Shown: positions 32,311 through 42,790 of the stretch, in pieces
Position numbering within the stretch: the stretch's first letter is position 1
How the letters are laid out: the number at the start of each line of letters is the position of its first letter
Source: Bacillota bacterium
Lineage (GTDB): Bacteria; Bacillota; Ch66; Ch109
Direction: 5' to 3'
Assembly: GCA_050952625.1 (NCBI GenBank)
Contig: JBMNLH010000001.1
Location: 1,216,001 to 1,280,000, forward strand
DNA: 64,000 nt
Translations under genes and position numbers: made by a program
Notes under the pieces: generated by a model
Told to the model about the DNA's origin: nothing
The model's database searches: none
The model's input: only the letters and a program-made list of their open reading frames with translations

Positions 32311-33381
32311 ATGAACACAATACCAAGATTATTAAGAGAAGTAGTTAATGGACGGCGTCTGAAACCTGCAGAGGCTTTGGTTCTTTTAGAAGAAGCAGAT
32401 TTTTTAGACTTAGGACAGGCTGCAAGCGAAATTTATCGTCAGCGGTACCCTGATAACACGGCGACTTTTATTATTGATCGGAATATCAATTATACTAATA
32501 TTTGTATCAGCCGCTGTCAATTTTGTGCTTTCTACCGAGATAGGCACCATTCTGAAGCTTACGTTCTAACTGAAAGAGAGATATTCGAAAAAATTGAGGA
32601 TGCCCTAGCTCAAGGGGCAACACAGATAATGCTGCAAGGAGGCCTTCACCCAGACTTAGACTTGGACTTTTTTATCAATTTGGTCAAAGACATCAAATCT
32701 CACTTTAACATTACGGTCCATTCCTTCTCACCTCCAGAGATCTACCATATGGCTATGGTATCGAATGTTTCGATTCGTACGGTCCTATTAAAACTGGCTG
32801 AAGCCGGTTTAGATTCCTTACCCGGTGGTGGGGCAGAAATTTTAGTCGATAGAGTAAGGAATATCATCAGTCCTCATAAAATCTCCTCCAGTCAATGGTT
32901 GGAGGTAATGGAAACTGCGCATGGTATTGGTCTGGCATCAACGGCCACGATGATGATGGGTGTAACAGAAACTAGAGCAGAAAGAATAAGCCACCTGGAC
33001 AAGATAAGAGATTTACAAGATAGGACCAACGGATTTAGAGGTTTTATTCCTTGGACCTTTCGCCCTGACAACACTAGACTGGGAGGAACTCATCTATCGT
33101 CAATTGAATATTTAAGAACTCTGGCCATCGCTCGCTTATATCTAGACAATTTCCCCCACATTCAAGGATCATGGTTGACCCAGGGGCCAGAGGTTGGTCA
33201 ATTATCACTTATTTTTGGAGCAGATGATTTGGGGAGCATTATGCTCGAAGAAAATGTCGTGCGAGCCGCTGGTTGTGAGAATCGATTAGACAAAGATGAA
33301 ATCATTCGGTTGATTCGAGGGGCAGGAAGAATTCCAGCCCAGAGAAATACTGAATATACAATACTGAGAAGATTTGATTGA
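32311..33381 (+). CDS. mqnC: Cyclic dehypoxanthine futalosine synthase (radical SAM)
   Basis: DRNINYTNIC...C.FC, QGSW and DLGSIMLEENVV. Confidence 0.85.
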   Translation: MNTIPRLLREVVNGRRLKPAEALVLLEEADFLDLGQAASEIYRQRYPDNTATFIIDRNINYTNICISRCQFCAFYRDRHHSEAYVLTEREIFEKIEDALAQGATQIMLQGGLHPDLDLDFFINLVKDIKSHFNITVHSFSPPEIYHMAMVSNVSIRTVLLKLAEAGLDSLPGGGAEILVDRVRNIISPHKISSSQWLEVMETAHGIGLASTATMMMGVTETRAERISHLDKIRDLQDRTNGFRGFIPWTFRPDNTRLGGTHLSSIEYLRTLAIARLYLDNFPHIQGSWLTQGPEVGQLSLIFGADDLGSIMLEENVVRAAGCENRLDKDEIIRLIRGAGRIPAQRNTEYTILRRFD

Positions 33382-33462
33382 TGCTGTAACTACTTATAAA
33401 ATACGAACTTAATATAAAATAAATTCAGTTCAGGTCCATAAACATTCACAGAAAGGAGACAA

Positions 33463-36291
33463 GTGATGGAAATAAACCCAAAACGGAAAATTGTGGTTTT
33501 TTTAGGGGTAATCTTACTAATCGCACTGGGTGCCCTCACTACCGATCTGTATGTGGACTGGATGTGGTTTAAATCTATCAATTTTCAATCTGTGTTCTTA
33601 ACGACTCTATTCACAAAAGTACTCTTGCGGTTGATAGTTGGTCTTGGATTTTTTACAATTTTTTTGATTAATTTTTTGGCTACTCGCCAAACTTTAATCA
33701 ACTTAACCTTAAACAAAGCACCCGACAATATAATTCGGCTCCAAAAGCCTTTTTGGGAAAAGTTTTTGGAAGGCCGGGGTTTAATCATTTTTTTTATCGT
33801 TTGTAGTTTGCTGCTGGCTTATATTTTTAGTGCGGTAGCTTCTGATAATTGGATAGTAGTTCAGCAGTATCTTCACGCGAGTTCATTTGGAATTATTGAT
33901 CCTATCTTCCAACAAGATGTAGGATTTTACATTTTTAAATTGCCATTCTATCAGCTTATTTATAATTATCTGATTGCTGGAATTATTATTTCAGCAATTG
34001 CTGTTACCATTATTTATCTTTTGAGTAGTCCGAAAGCTATTTTTAAAAAGCCCTTTACCGAATTTACACGTGCAAAAGTCCATTTATCTGTTCTAGTTGC
34101 CACATTTTTCATCATCAAGGCCTGGGGCTATAAGCTTGATTCTTATGGCCTGCTTTACTCAGCCAATGAGATTATGTATGGAGCAGGCTATACAGATATC
34201 CACGCTCGTCTCTTAGCCTATCAGACATTGTGTATAGTCGCCTTGCTTTGTGCTTTAGTTATCATTGGCAACCTTTACTTTCGCCGGCTTAAATGGGTTG
34301 GAATCAGTATTGCCCTACTTATCACTACTTCCCTGCTGCTGGGTGTGTTTTATCCGGCCATGATTCAAAAATTCAGAGTAATTCCCAATCAATTTACTGT
34401 TGAAGAACCCTATATTGCCTATAACATTGCCTATACTCAGAAAGCATATGGACTGGATAAAATTAAGCGGCAAAATTTCCCGGTGGAGAATACTTTGACG
34501 CCCACTGACTTGAAAGAAAACGAGGCTACCATTAATAGCATCCGTCTATGGGACTGGCAGCCGCTGCAGCAAACATATTCTCAGCTCCAAGAATTATGGC
34601 CTTATTATACCTTTAAAGATATGGACATTGACCGATATATGATAGAGGGCAACTATCGACAGGTAATGCTGAGTGTGCGAGAAATGGTCCAATCTAAGCT
34701 TCCGCCCCAAGCTCAGACCTGGGTTAACCAGAAATTGAAGTATACCCACGGATACGGAGTAGCTATGAGTCCAGTTAATGAAGTTACCGCAGAAGGACTG
34801 CCTACGTTCTTTATTAAAAATATCCCTCCTGAATCATCAATTGAGAGTTTAACCTTAGTACACCCTGAGATTTATTATGGGGAAGAGACTAACGACTATG
34901 TGATTGTCAATACAAAAACTTCTGAGTTTAATTACCCAATGGGCGAGCATAACGTAGAGTCTGTGTACCAAGCAGTTAGCGGGGTGCAGCTTTCATCTAT
35001 TTTCCGGCGGGTAATGTTTGCGATGGCTTTCGGGGATTATAAACTTTTGTTATCTCATGATTTAACCCCGACTAGCCAAATCCTATATAACCGCAACATT
35101 CACGAACGGGTTCGGAAAGTGGCACCATTTTTGCGATACGATTATGACCCATACCCAGTAGTTAGTGGGGGAAGGGTTTACTGGATTCAAGACGCCTATA
35201 CAGTTAGTAGCCTGTATCCCTATTCCGAACCGACTGAAGGGTGGGGGAACTATGTTCGTAATTCGGTTAAAGTAGTAATTGACGCCTATGATGGCAGTAT
35301 GAGTTTTTACGTTACAGACAATGAGGACCCAATTATCCGAAGTTACCAACTTATTTTTCCCCAACTATTTCGGCCATTAGAGGTAATGCCAGCGGATTTA
35401 AAACAACACTTGCGTTACCCGGAAGATTTGTTTTTAGTCCAAGCTAAAATGTACGCCACCTATCATATGCAAAACACCCGTATCTTCTACTATAAAGAAG
35501 ATAAATGGGGTCTACCAGAAGAGCTTTTTAATGTCCAAAAAGAAACCGTCAAGCCTTACTACACTATTATGCGCTTGCCAGATGAAGAGAAACCCGAATT
35601 TTTGCTGATGATTCCTTTCACCCCGGAAAAACGGCCTAATATGGTTGCCTGGATGGCTGCGCGCTCCGATGGTGAAAATTATGGTCAACTACTTGTCTAC
35701 AATTTCCCTAAACAAAAATTAATCTACGGCCCAATGCAAATTGAATCTCGGATTGATCAAGATGGTGAGATTTCGAAGGAGTTAACTCTCTGGAACCAGC
35801 GAGGTTCAACGATTATTCGCGGCAATCTCTTAGTTATCCCAATCAAAGACTCATTATTATATATTGAGCCCCTGTACCTTCAGGCGGAACAGAGCAAAAT
35901 GCCCGAACTCCGTCGAGTTGTCGCGGTATATGGTGACCGGGTGGTTATGGAACGGAATTTGGATGAGGCTTTAAAGAAGATATTAGGATCAGGAGCCTCC
36001 CCGCCAGTTGAATCAGAAGCCCAGACACCGGTAACAAGTGATCCAGCTGAGTCTCTTTCAACGTCTGATTTATCGAACAAGGCCTATCAAACCTTCCAGG
36101 AGGCTCAACGCCGATTACGGGAGGGCGACTGGTCTGGTTATGGGGAGAGTATTAAGGAATTGGAAGCAATTCTGCTGGAATTGCAAAAGGTTTCGGGTAA
36201 TGTCGACCCCTTGACCGAACCGCTTCCAGCACCCGCTGGAGAAGGCGGCCTAGATCCCCAACCGGTTGTTACTCCATCTGTCATAGATTAG
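33463..36291 (+). CDS. UPF0182-family membrane protein
   Basis: IRLWD, YTHGYG, NYVRNSVK and RGNLLVIP. Confidence 0.9.
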   Translation: MMEINPKRKIVVFLGVILLIALGALTTDLYVDWMWFKSINFQSVFLTTLFTKVLLRLIVGLGFFTIFLINFLATRQTLINLTLNKAPDNIIRLQKPFWEKFLEGRGLIIFFIVCSLLLAYIFSAVASDNWIVVQQYLHASSFGIIDPIFQQDVGFYIFKLPFYQLIYNYLIAGIIISAIAVTIIYLLSSPKAIFKKPFTEFTRAKVHLSVLVATFFIIKAWGYKLDSYGLLYSANEIMYGAGYTDIHARLLAYQTLCIVALLCALVIIGNLYFRRLKWVGISIALLITTSLLLGVFYPAMIQKFRVIPNQFTVEEPYIAYNIAYTQKAYGLDKIKRQNFPVENTLTPTDLKENEATINSIRLWDWQPLQQTYSQLQELWPYYTFKDMDIDRYMIEGNYRQVMLSVREMVQSKLPPQAQTWVNQKLKYTHGYGVAMSPVNEVTAEGLPTFFIKNIPPESSIESLTLVHPEIYYGEETNDYVIVNTKTSEFNYPMGEHNVESVYQAVSGVQLSSIFRRVMFAMAFGDYKLLLSHDLTPTSQILYNRNIHERVRKVAPFLRYDYDPYPVVSGGRVYWIQDAYTVSSLYPYSEPTEGWGNYVRNSVKVVIDAYDGSMSFYVTDNEDPIIRSYQLIFPQLFRPLEVMPADLKQHLRYPEDLFLVQAKMYATYHMQNTRIFYYKEDKWGLPEELFNVQKETVKPYYTIMRLPDEEKPEFLLMIPFTPEKRPNMVAWMAARSDGENYGQLLVYNFPKQKLIYGPMQIESRIDQDGEISKELTLWNQRGSTIIRGNLLVIPIKDSLLYIEPLYLQAEQSKMPELRRVVAVYGDRVVMERNLDEALKKILGSGASPPVESEAQTPVTSDPAESLSTSDLSNKAYQTFQEAQRRLREGDWSGYGESIKELEAILLELQKVSGNVDPLTEPLPAPAGEGGLDPQPVVTPSVID

Positions 36292-36355
36292 ATCAATGGG
36301 AGCCGCTATGAGACTATGAATAAATACTATTCAAGAGGGGTGGATAAATACTAGT

Positions 36356-36928
36356 ATGTCTACAGCACCTAAAATAGCCTGTCTCGGCGATAGCTTGACC
36401 TGGGGATTTCCCTATGGCCCAAAATACTCCTGGGTTTACCTGGTTGGGCAACGGACTGGACTAAACCTGATCAACATGGGAATTAATGGGAATACTACAG
36501 AAGATATGTTACACCGTTTTATACCCCAAGTAGTAAAAGCAAATCCCACCCATGTAATCATCATGGGTGGGACTAACGATATTATTTGCCGGGAATCTAT
36601 TCCTCGAATTACTTGCAACCTAAAGAATATTATCGATACGGCTAAGCAGCATAATATACAGCCAATTTTGGGACTGCCCATTCCTCTAGGTTGGAAGGAA
36701 GCTGAATCCCGTTTAGCTCGGGTCCGCGACTGGATAGTGAATTTTGTCATTGAATCCAACCTTTATCTGATTGATTTTTCCCGAGGCTTTTACTGGCAAC
36801 AAGACGATGGGGAACTTCAAATCCGTTGGAAATTAATGCTGGATGGATCACATCCAACTACCGAAGGCTATGTAGCAATGGCAGATCAGTTTGACGCAAA
36901 AGCTCTCGGTCTCCTGACCCAGGAATAA
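36356..36928 (+). CDS. SGNH/GDSL hydrolase
   Basis: GDSLT, GGTND and DGSHP. Confidence 0.85.
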   Translation: MSTAPKIACLGDSLTWGFPYGPKYSWVYLVGQRTGLNLINMGINGNTTEDMLHRFIPQVVKANPTHVIIMGGTNDIICRESIPRITCNLKNIIDTAKQHNIQPILGLPIPLGWKEAESRLARVRDWIVNFVIESNLYLIDFSRGFYWQQDDGELQIRWKLMLDGSHPTTEGYVAMADQFDAKALGLLTQE

Positions 36929-36943
36929 CAAATTATTGTCAAT

Positions 36944-37957
36944 CTACTTCTGCAGCAAATCATCGACCTCAGAAGGATCTAGAGAAGCAACTTCAATAAA
37001 CCTGGGTTCGTCATTAGCGGTCCAGTACTTGATTAACGCTAGTGGTAGATTTTTCGCATCACTGTAACGAGCAGTAATAGCAGCTGCCAGTTTAATGTTT
37101 TCTCCGGGTATAGTTTCCAATTGGGTTACTTGGTTTGTTTTTGGAAAATGCAGTATTGACAGTGGCCCAGGGTGCGAAGCAACCTTAAATAGAATATCTT
37201 GGGCACCCGCTTTATCGTATAAAATCTGGTTTTCACTCTCTTTTCGACCAACAATTAAGTAAAACCAGTTAGGGCCAAAGAAATGTCTCCCTACTTTAAG
37301 CAGTTCAAAATCATCATTGCCCGCCTCAGGATATCGTTCCAGAAGCGATTTTAGACGCTCAGCGAAATTGGGTACCGTTAGCAGACAGCCCCCGGCTGGT
37401 GAAGGATACTCATGGATTCCGTACTCTTGAGCCAGTTTAATTTGTGTTTTCCGAGAACGACCAGAAATATCCAAAAGTCGTTCTCGATCAACTACTCCCC
37501 GAATCTCGGGCAAGGTAGGAGGTAATAGTCGAGCCGAAAGCGGCCGCAGAATCAGTCCAGAATAACCGGAAATTTTTTCTACAGCCCGCATGGCATCTGC
37601 CTTCTGAGATTTAGGTCGCTGTTTAAGTACTTCGCCAGTGATTATAAAATCGGCCCCGATCTCTTCCATATATTGTCCGGCTAGTTTCAACATTAAACCG
37701 TGGCAATCAATGCAGGGATTCAGGTTCTTGCCAAAACCGTAACGAGGATTTTTCAGAAGATCCAAATATTCTTCCCCAAAGTGAATTGTATGCACTTTAA
37801 TCCCCAGGTTTTGGGCTGCTTTTTCAACCCATAAGGATTCGCCAAAAAAAGGACTGCTAAAATTAACCCCAACAACTTCTATTCCCTGGTCCTGAATCAA
37901 ACGGATGGCTAATTGACTATCCAGACCACCAGAGAGAAGGGCTACAGCTTTGGTCAT
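36944..37957 (-). CDS. ThiI/MnmA-like PP-loop tRNA thiolation protein
   Basis: LLSGGLDS, NPCIDCH, TGEVL.QRP.SQ and PAGGCLL; ATG 37957 after GAGGAAAGG. Confidence 0.75.
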   Translation of the reverse strand: MTKAVALLSGGLDSQLAIRLIQDQGIEVVGVNFSSPFFGESLWVEKAAQNLGIKVHTIHFGEEYLDLLKNPRYGFGKNLNPCIDCHGLMLKLAGQYMEEIGADFIITGEVLKQRPKSQKADAMRAVEKISGYSGLILRPLSARLLPPTLPEIRGVVDRERLLDISGRSRKTQIKLAQEYGIHEYPSPAGGCLLTVPNFAERLKSLLERYPEAGNDDFELLKVGRHFFGPNWFYLIVGRKESENQILYDKAGAQDILFKVASHPGPLSILHFPKTNQVTQLETIPGENIKLAAAITARYSDAKNLPLALIKYWTANDEPRFIEVASLDPSEVDDLLQK

Positions 37958-38062
37958 GTACCTTTCCTCCAGTCTTTCGCGATTTAATTGCTTTTGTTTA
38001 TTAACCGCCCATGCCCGGAGGCACAACCACGGATGATAATAACACAAACAACAATAAACGTG

Positions 38063-38632
38063 TTATTTGCTTATTAGCTTATCTAGCAGCTCTGGAGTAA
38101 CCTGTTCTTCAGTCAGAACTTTAATTCCTATTTTCTTTAGAAGAGCGGTAGTAACCCCATCGCCATTTATTAGACATCGATTAAAGCTGCCATCATAAAT
38201 TAATCCACACCCACAGGAAGGGCTGCTGGCTTTTAAGATTGCATAACGTACGCCGGTACTCCTAGCCAACCGAACTACTTCGAGTGCTCCTCGTAGAAAC
38301 TGCGTGGTTAAATTTTTTCCCGCCTGGTTGATTACCTGGGTACTAGAGGATTGGAAGGTATCTTCACAAAAACCCAACGGGCCAATGCCGCCATCAAGTT
38401 TATGAGCAGTTTCAACTGCATCTAAGGATAGATCATAACTTCTCAATAAGTCTTCACCTGTCCCGCCTAAAATTTCGGCCGGAATTCTAGGAGTCGGAAG
38501 CCCCCCTAACTGTTCCGGGCACACTGGCAGGAAGCAACCAGTTGCTAGTTTTTTAACCAACTCCGGCTGGATATTATTACTTCCATCATAACGACAGTTT
38601 ACACCTACTAAACAGGCACTAACCAAAATCAT
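38063..38632 (-). CDS. DUF523 / 2-thiouracil desulfurase (TudS-like)
   Basis: VSACL.G..CRYDG, CPEQLGGL.TPR and SPSCG. Confidence 0.85.
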   Translation of the reverse strand: MILVSACLVGVNCRYDGSNNIQPELVKKLATGCFLPVCPEQLGGLPTPRIPAEILGGTGEDLLRSYDLSLDAVETAHKLDGGIGPLGFCEDTFQSSSTQVINQAGKNLTTQFLRGALEVVRLARSTGVRYAILKASSPSCGCGLIYDGSFNRCLINGDGVTTALLKKIGIKVLTEEQVTPELLDKLISK

Positions 38633-38789
38633 AGTCCACCTCCCAGGATTAAACAAGTAAATTATACAACTTCGAGGAAGGAAATTGGTAATCTTGTGCC
38701 GAAATAGAACATCAAATTCATAATGATGGCCCGAATCTGCATTTTTTTTAGAACGGATGCCGTTGGGTTCTCGACTTTAGGGTGATCAA

Positions 38790-40079
38790 ATGTTACAAAG
38801 AACTTACATGTTTTATTCTAAAATTTTCATACTTGTCTTTATTACCCTGATCTTGACATTAATTATCCCATTTTTCTCGGTTCTTTCCACTAGGGCGGAT
38901 ACTATTCCCGTCGAGAAGGATATGTCTACTGCAATACCCGAACCAAACATAAAAAACGAGGTTTCGGCAGCTGTGCTTATGGATGCTAATTCCGGTCAAA
39001 TTCTATTTGCCTTCAACCCAGATACCCAGTTGCCGATAGCAAGTACGACTAAAATAATGACCTGTTTATTGGCATTAGAACAGGCACCGCTAGATACCCC
39101 AGTAGTTATTTCGGAAAATGCAGTGCGAGTCGAGGGTACCAGGGTTTACCTTGAGATGGGAGAAACCCAAAACATTGAAAATTTACTTTACGCTGCCATG
39201 TTGAACTCAGCTAATGATGCGGCTATAGCTCTCGGGGAATACCTTGGTAGTGGTTCACTTGAATCCTTTTCGATCATGATGAATCAACGAGCCTTAGAAA
39301 TAGGGGCTATTAATACTAATTTTGTAAACCCAACTGGTCTAAGTGATATAAATCATTACTCTACCGCATACGATATAGCCTTGATCGCACGAGAAGCGAT
39401 GATTAATCCTAAATTCAGAGAGATAGCCGCAACTCGTACCCGGCCATGGGTTGGAGAAAAATACCAGACTAACTTGGTTAACCTAAATCGACTATTATGG
39501 AGCTATCCTGGGATAACTGGCATTAAAACTGGTTATACACGGGCTGCTAAAAATTGTCTAGTCGCCTCGGCGGAAAAAGATGGACGCGAATTAATCTCCG
39601 TTATTTTAGGAGGAGGTAATAATATATGGCAGCAAACAGCCGAACTTCTAGACTACGGTTTTAAACGTTACGTTGCGCAAACCCTGGTAAACAAAGGTGA
39701 AGAAGTAACTACTATTACTTTTCCCAAGGAACACCAGGTAGGTTTATTAGCCTCCCGTTCACTTAGAGTTTCTTTACCTCGGGATAAAACGGTCAACCCC
39801 CAATCCCAAATCTGGGTGAAACCCGACCTAGAACCACCTTTAGCTGTGGGAGAGGTCGTTGGTCAACTTACTTACATCGTGGAAGAACAACAATTGGAAT
39901 CGATACCGCTAATTTTAGCGGAAGAAGTTCCAGCATATTCAAAGAGGCCTCTATTATTCATTGCTGGTGGGTTGATGGTTGCCACCGGCATCTGCTGGCA
40001 CTTATTGGAACGACCTCAGCGACTTTATTACCGTCGTCGTAAAATAGAAAGAAGGAATCGAAAACCCTTTATTTCATGA
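38790..40079 (+). CDS. D-alanyl-D-alanine carboxypeptidase (S11)
   Basis: STTK, SAN and KTG motifs. Confidence 0.9.
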   Translation: MLQRTYMFYSKIFILVFITLILTLIIPFFSVLSTRADTIPVEKDMSTAIPEPNIKNEVSAAVLMDANSGQILFAFNPDTQLPIASTTKIMTCLLALEQAPLDTPVVISENAVRVEGTRVYLEMGETQNIENLLYAAMLNSANDAAIALGEYLGSGSLESFSIMMNQRALEIGAINTNFVNPTGLSDINHYSTAYDIALIAREAMINPKFREIAATRTRPWVGEKYQTNLVNLNRLLWSYPGITGIKTGYTRAAKNCLVASAEKDGRELISVILGGGNNIWQQTAELLDYGFKRYVAQTLVNKGEEVTTITFPKEHQVGLLASRSLRVSLPRDKTVNPQSQIWVKPDLEPPLAVGEVVGQLTYIVEEQQLESIPLILAEEVPAYSKRPLLFIAGGLMVATGICWHLLERPQRLYYRRRKIERRNRKPFIS

Positions 40080-40173
40080 ATTAACCCTAGGACACAAAAT
40101 ATTTGATGATTTCAGTTGTATAGACAATTTTTTGCTCTCATGCTAGAATAAAACATGGAGAGGAGGACATACT

Positions 40174-41358
40174 ATGCGCAATTTAGCTAAGAAAACAATT
40201 TATCTTGCTCTTATCTTAGTTGCATTTTTTCTTGGCGGAACGCTGGTAGCCGGTGGGTTGCCTTTTGATATACCAGGATTAAACCAAATTTTATCTAAAT
40301 CAAGTGGCGAGTTACGGTCAGACAATAATTCAGCAAAGAAAGCTAACGCTACGACACCAACAGATATTCGTATTGGCCCGACAACTATTGCTGATACCGT
40401 ATCCACGATCAGCCCGGCAGTAGTTAATATTAATACTACATTTACAACAAGCGTATCCTTGAATGATCCTTTTTTTAATGACCCGTTTTTTCAGCATTTT
40501 TTTGGTAACTCTCTAAGAAGGGAAAGTACTCAGGTAAAACACGGAATTGGTAGCGGATTTATTATTTCTCAAGATGGTTATGTTATAACTAATGAACACG
40601 TGGTTAGTGATGCGACTGAAATCAGTGTTACAGCGATTGGTTTTAATGACCCTATCCCAGCGAAGGTTGTCGGAGCAGACCACGAACTTGATCTGGCAGT
40701 TTTGAAACTGGAAACTAATCAAGAAATGCCATATATTGCTCTCGGAGATTCCAATTCAATTCGAGCTGGCGAATGGGTAATTGCCATCGGCAATCCATAC
40801 GGTCTTGATCACACTGTAACTGCTGGGGTAATCAGTGCCCTTGGTCGACCTGTTCAAATTGAAGATCGTTTCTACCGAAACCTTATCCAGACTGATGCAG
40901 CGATTAATCCTGGAAACAGTGGTGGACCTTTACTAAATTTAGCCGGAGAAGTAATCGGTATTAATACCGCAGTTAATGCTGAGGCGCAAGGAATCGGATT
41001 TGCTATTCCGATTAATACCGCTAAAGAAGTACTTGATGATCTGATAAATAAAGGTAAGGTTATTCGACCCTATTTAGGAGTTTACATGCAGCAGGTTACT
41101 TCTGAAATTGCTTATTACCTTGATTTACCGGATCTCCAAGGTGCCTTCATCAGCGAGGTTATTCCGAATAGTCCAGCGCACAAGGCTGGTCTACGATCAC
41201 GCGATGTTATTCGGAGGATTGACGATCAGGTTGTCACCAACCCCGAAGATCTACGACAAAAACTAAAGAATCATCAAGCAGGAGATAAGGCTGTCTTAGA
41301 GATATACCGCGAAAAGCAAACACATAAAGTAACAGTTACCCTGGGCGAGCAACCCTAA
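40174..41358 (+). CDS. htrA: HtrA/DegP-family serine protease with PDZ domain
   Basis: TNEHV, DLAVL and INPGNSGG. Confidence 0.9.
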   Translation: MRNLAKKTIYLALILVAFFLGGTLVAGGLPFDIPGLNQILSKSSGELRSDNNSAKKANATTPTDIRIGPTTIADTVSTISPAVVNINTTFTTSVSLNDPFFNDPFFQHFFGNSLRRESTQVKHGIGSGFIISQDGYVITNEHVVSDATEISVTAIGFNDPIPAKVVGADHELDLAVLKLETNQEMPYIALGDSNSIRAGEWVIAIGNPYGLDHTVTAGVISALGRPVQIEDRFYRNLIQTDAAINPGNSGGPLLNLAGEVIGINTAVNAEAQGIGFAIPINTAKEVLDDLINKGKVIRPYLGVYMQQVTSEIAYYLDLPDLQGAFISEVIPNSPAHKAGLRSRDVIRRIDDQVVTNPEDLRQKLKNHQAGDKAVLEIYREKQTHKVTVTLGEQP

Positions 41359-41641
41359 TTAAACCCTATTAATTATATCTTACTACTTTGCAGCATTAAG
41401 GCACAAATATGACCTGGCTTAGCCAGGTTGTTTATTTCCTTTTATACCGCAGATTAACCTCACCTCTAACAAGTATTTTGATAATAAAGAAGGTAAATTC
41501 CGAATAATATAGAATACTACAGAATTCCAATTTTTCTGTAACAAACAATTTTTACGGGCATTGTTTTAAGTATTAACTTAACTATAGGAAAGAAAGGAGG
41601 CAGGCTGGCTCTTTAATGGTAAAGTTGGTCAGCCGAAATTT

Positions 41642-42511
41642 ATGGAGCAATTCAAACCAATACCTACTCTCGGAGGAATTATGGGGTTTGGGATTTATGT
41701 AATTGTCACAACTGGCCTAGTTGGAGGGCTCACCTATGCTCTGGCTGAATCAAGTAATTTAATTAAGGCAATGCTTTTTATCCCTTTTTCTTTGTTCGCG
41801 TTAATTAGTCTTTATGTTGTATTATCTTTTTTTAATATTAAATACGTTATATCCGATTCTGCCCTTGAAATCTCCTGGGGTTTAACTCGGAAAGTGATCC
41901 CCTGGTCTTCGGTAAAAACAATCGAAAAAGTAATTGGAATGCCTAAGGTTTGGGGGGTTTTTGGAGCGCGATGGCCTGGTTATCATGTAGGTGCCTTTAA
42001 TATAACAGGATTAGGGGTTATGACCATCATCGGAACACAACTTGAAGACAATTTGGTTGTACTGCGAACTGAAAAAGGTGTCTTTGGCATCACTCCGGTA
42101 CACGGAAATTGTTTCATGGACGTCATTCAACGAAAAACTAACCTGATTGCCCAAATAATTAATCTTGATGAAAACAAAGAGTCGCTACTCCAAAACGTAC
42201 CTAGCGAAGATAATGTTTATCTGGGATTAGCTGGACTAAACTTGATCTGCCTCCTGGCCTTTATCACCTATTTAGCAGCTTTTTTCCCTAGTGCCGTACA
42301 AGCAGCTGTGGCTGCAGGTATTCCTGGCCCCCCACGTGAGCTTGTTCTTTTAGCAGTAATTGCTGCGGCTGTCTTTCTAATTAACTTAGGGTCTGCCTCG
42401 AAACTTTACCAAAATGCAGCGAGTGCTGGCTATATGATGTGGGGTCTGGGGATATTTATTAATCTGTTTTTTATCACTATCTCAGTATTTGTACTCGGCT
42501 TTGGAATATAA
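41642..42511 (+). CDS. Membrane protein with bacterial PH-like domain
   Basis: Two TM helices, Y.I....L.I..G.....IP..S, G...PGY..G.F, then further TM helices. Confidence 0.6.
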   Translation: MEQFKPIPTLGGIMGFGIYVIVTTGLVGGLTYALAESSNLIKAMLFIPFSLFALISLYVVLSFFNIKYVISDSALEISWGLTRKVIPWSSVKTIEKVIGMPKVWGVFGARWPGYHVGAFNITGLGVMTIIGTQLEDNLVVLRTEKGVFGITPVHGNCFMDVIQRKTNLIAQIINLDENKESLLQNVPSEDNVYLGLAGLNLICLLAFITYLAAFFPSAVQAAVAAGIPGPPRELVLLAVIAAAVFLINLGSASKLYQNAASAGYMMWGLGIFINLFFITISVFVLGFGI

Positions 42512-42606
42512 TTTTGTAAGTAAATAAGATATTAACTCCGGTTGTCATTACGATAAATATAACCATTTATTCGTTTATCGTGGTGCGGGCAACGCATGAT
42601 AATTCT

Positions 42607-42665
42607 CTGGGCGAAGCGAAGAATCCTTCCCAAGCTAAGAAGTAAGATTCTTCGCTAACGCTCAG
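42607..42665. repeat. Palindromic REP-like element between convergent genes
   Basis: Arms CTGGGCGAAGCGAAGAATC (42607-25) and GATTCTTCGCTAACGCTCAG (42646-65). Confidence 0.6.
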
Positions 42666-42790
42666 GATAACATACATTCACTATTTTCACCGGGTGGTCG
42701 TGTCTAACCGGCATGGACGGTTAATAAGATAAACATAATAGGATTTCTCTTGGCTATTGATTATTAATCTAGTTTTTTTCTACACTTCGC

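Noticed and set aside
30299-33381. Two radical SAM genes as a novel RiPP cluster
   Set aside because: Motifs and order fit mqnE-mqnA-mqnC of the futalosine menaquinone pathway.
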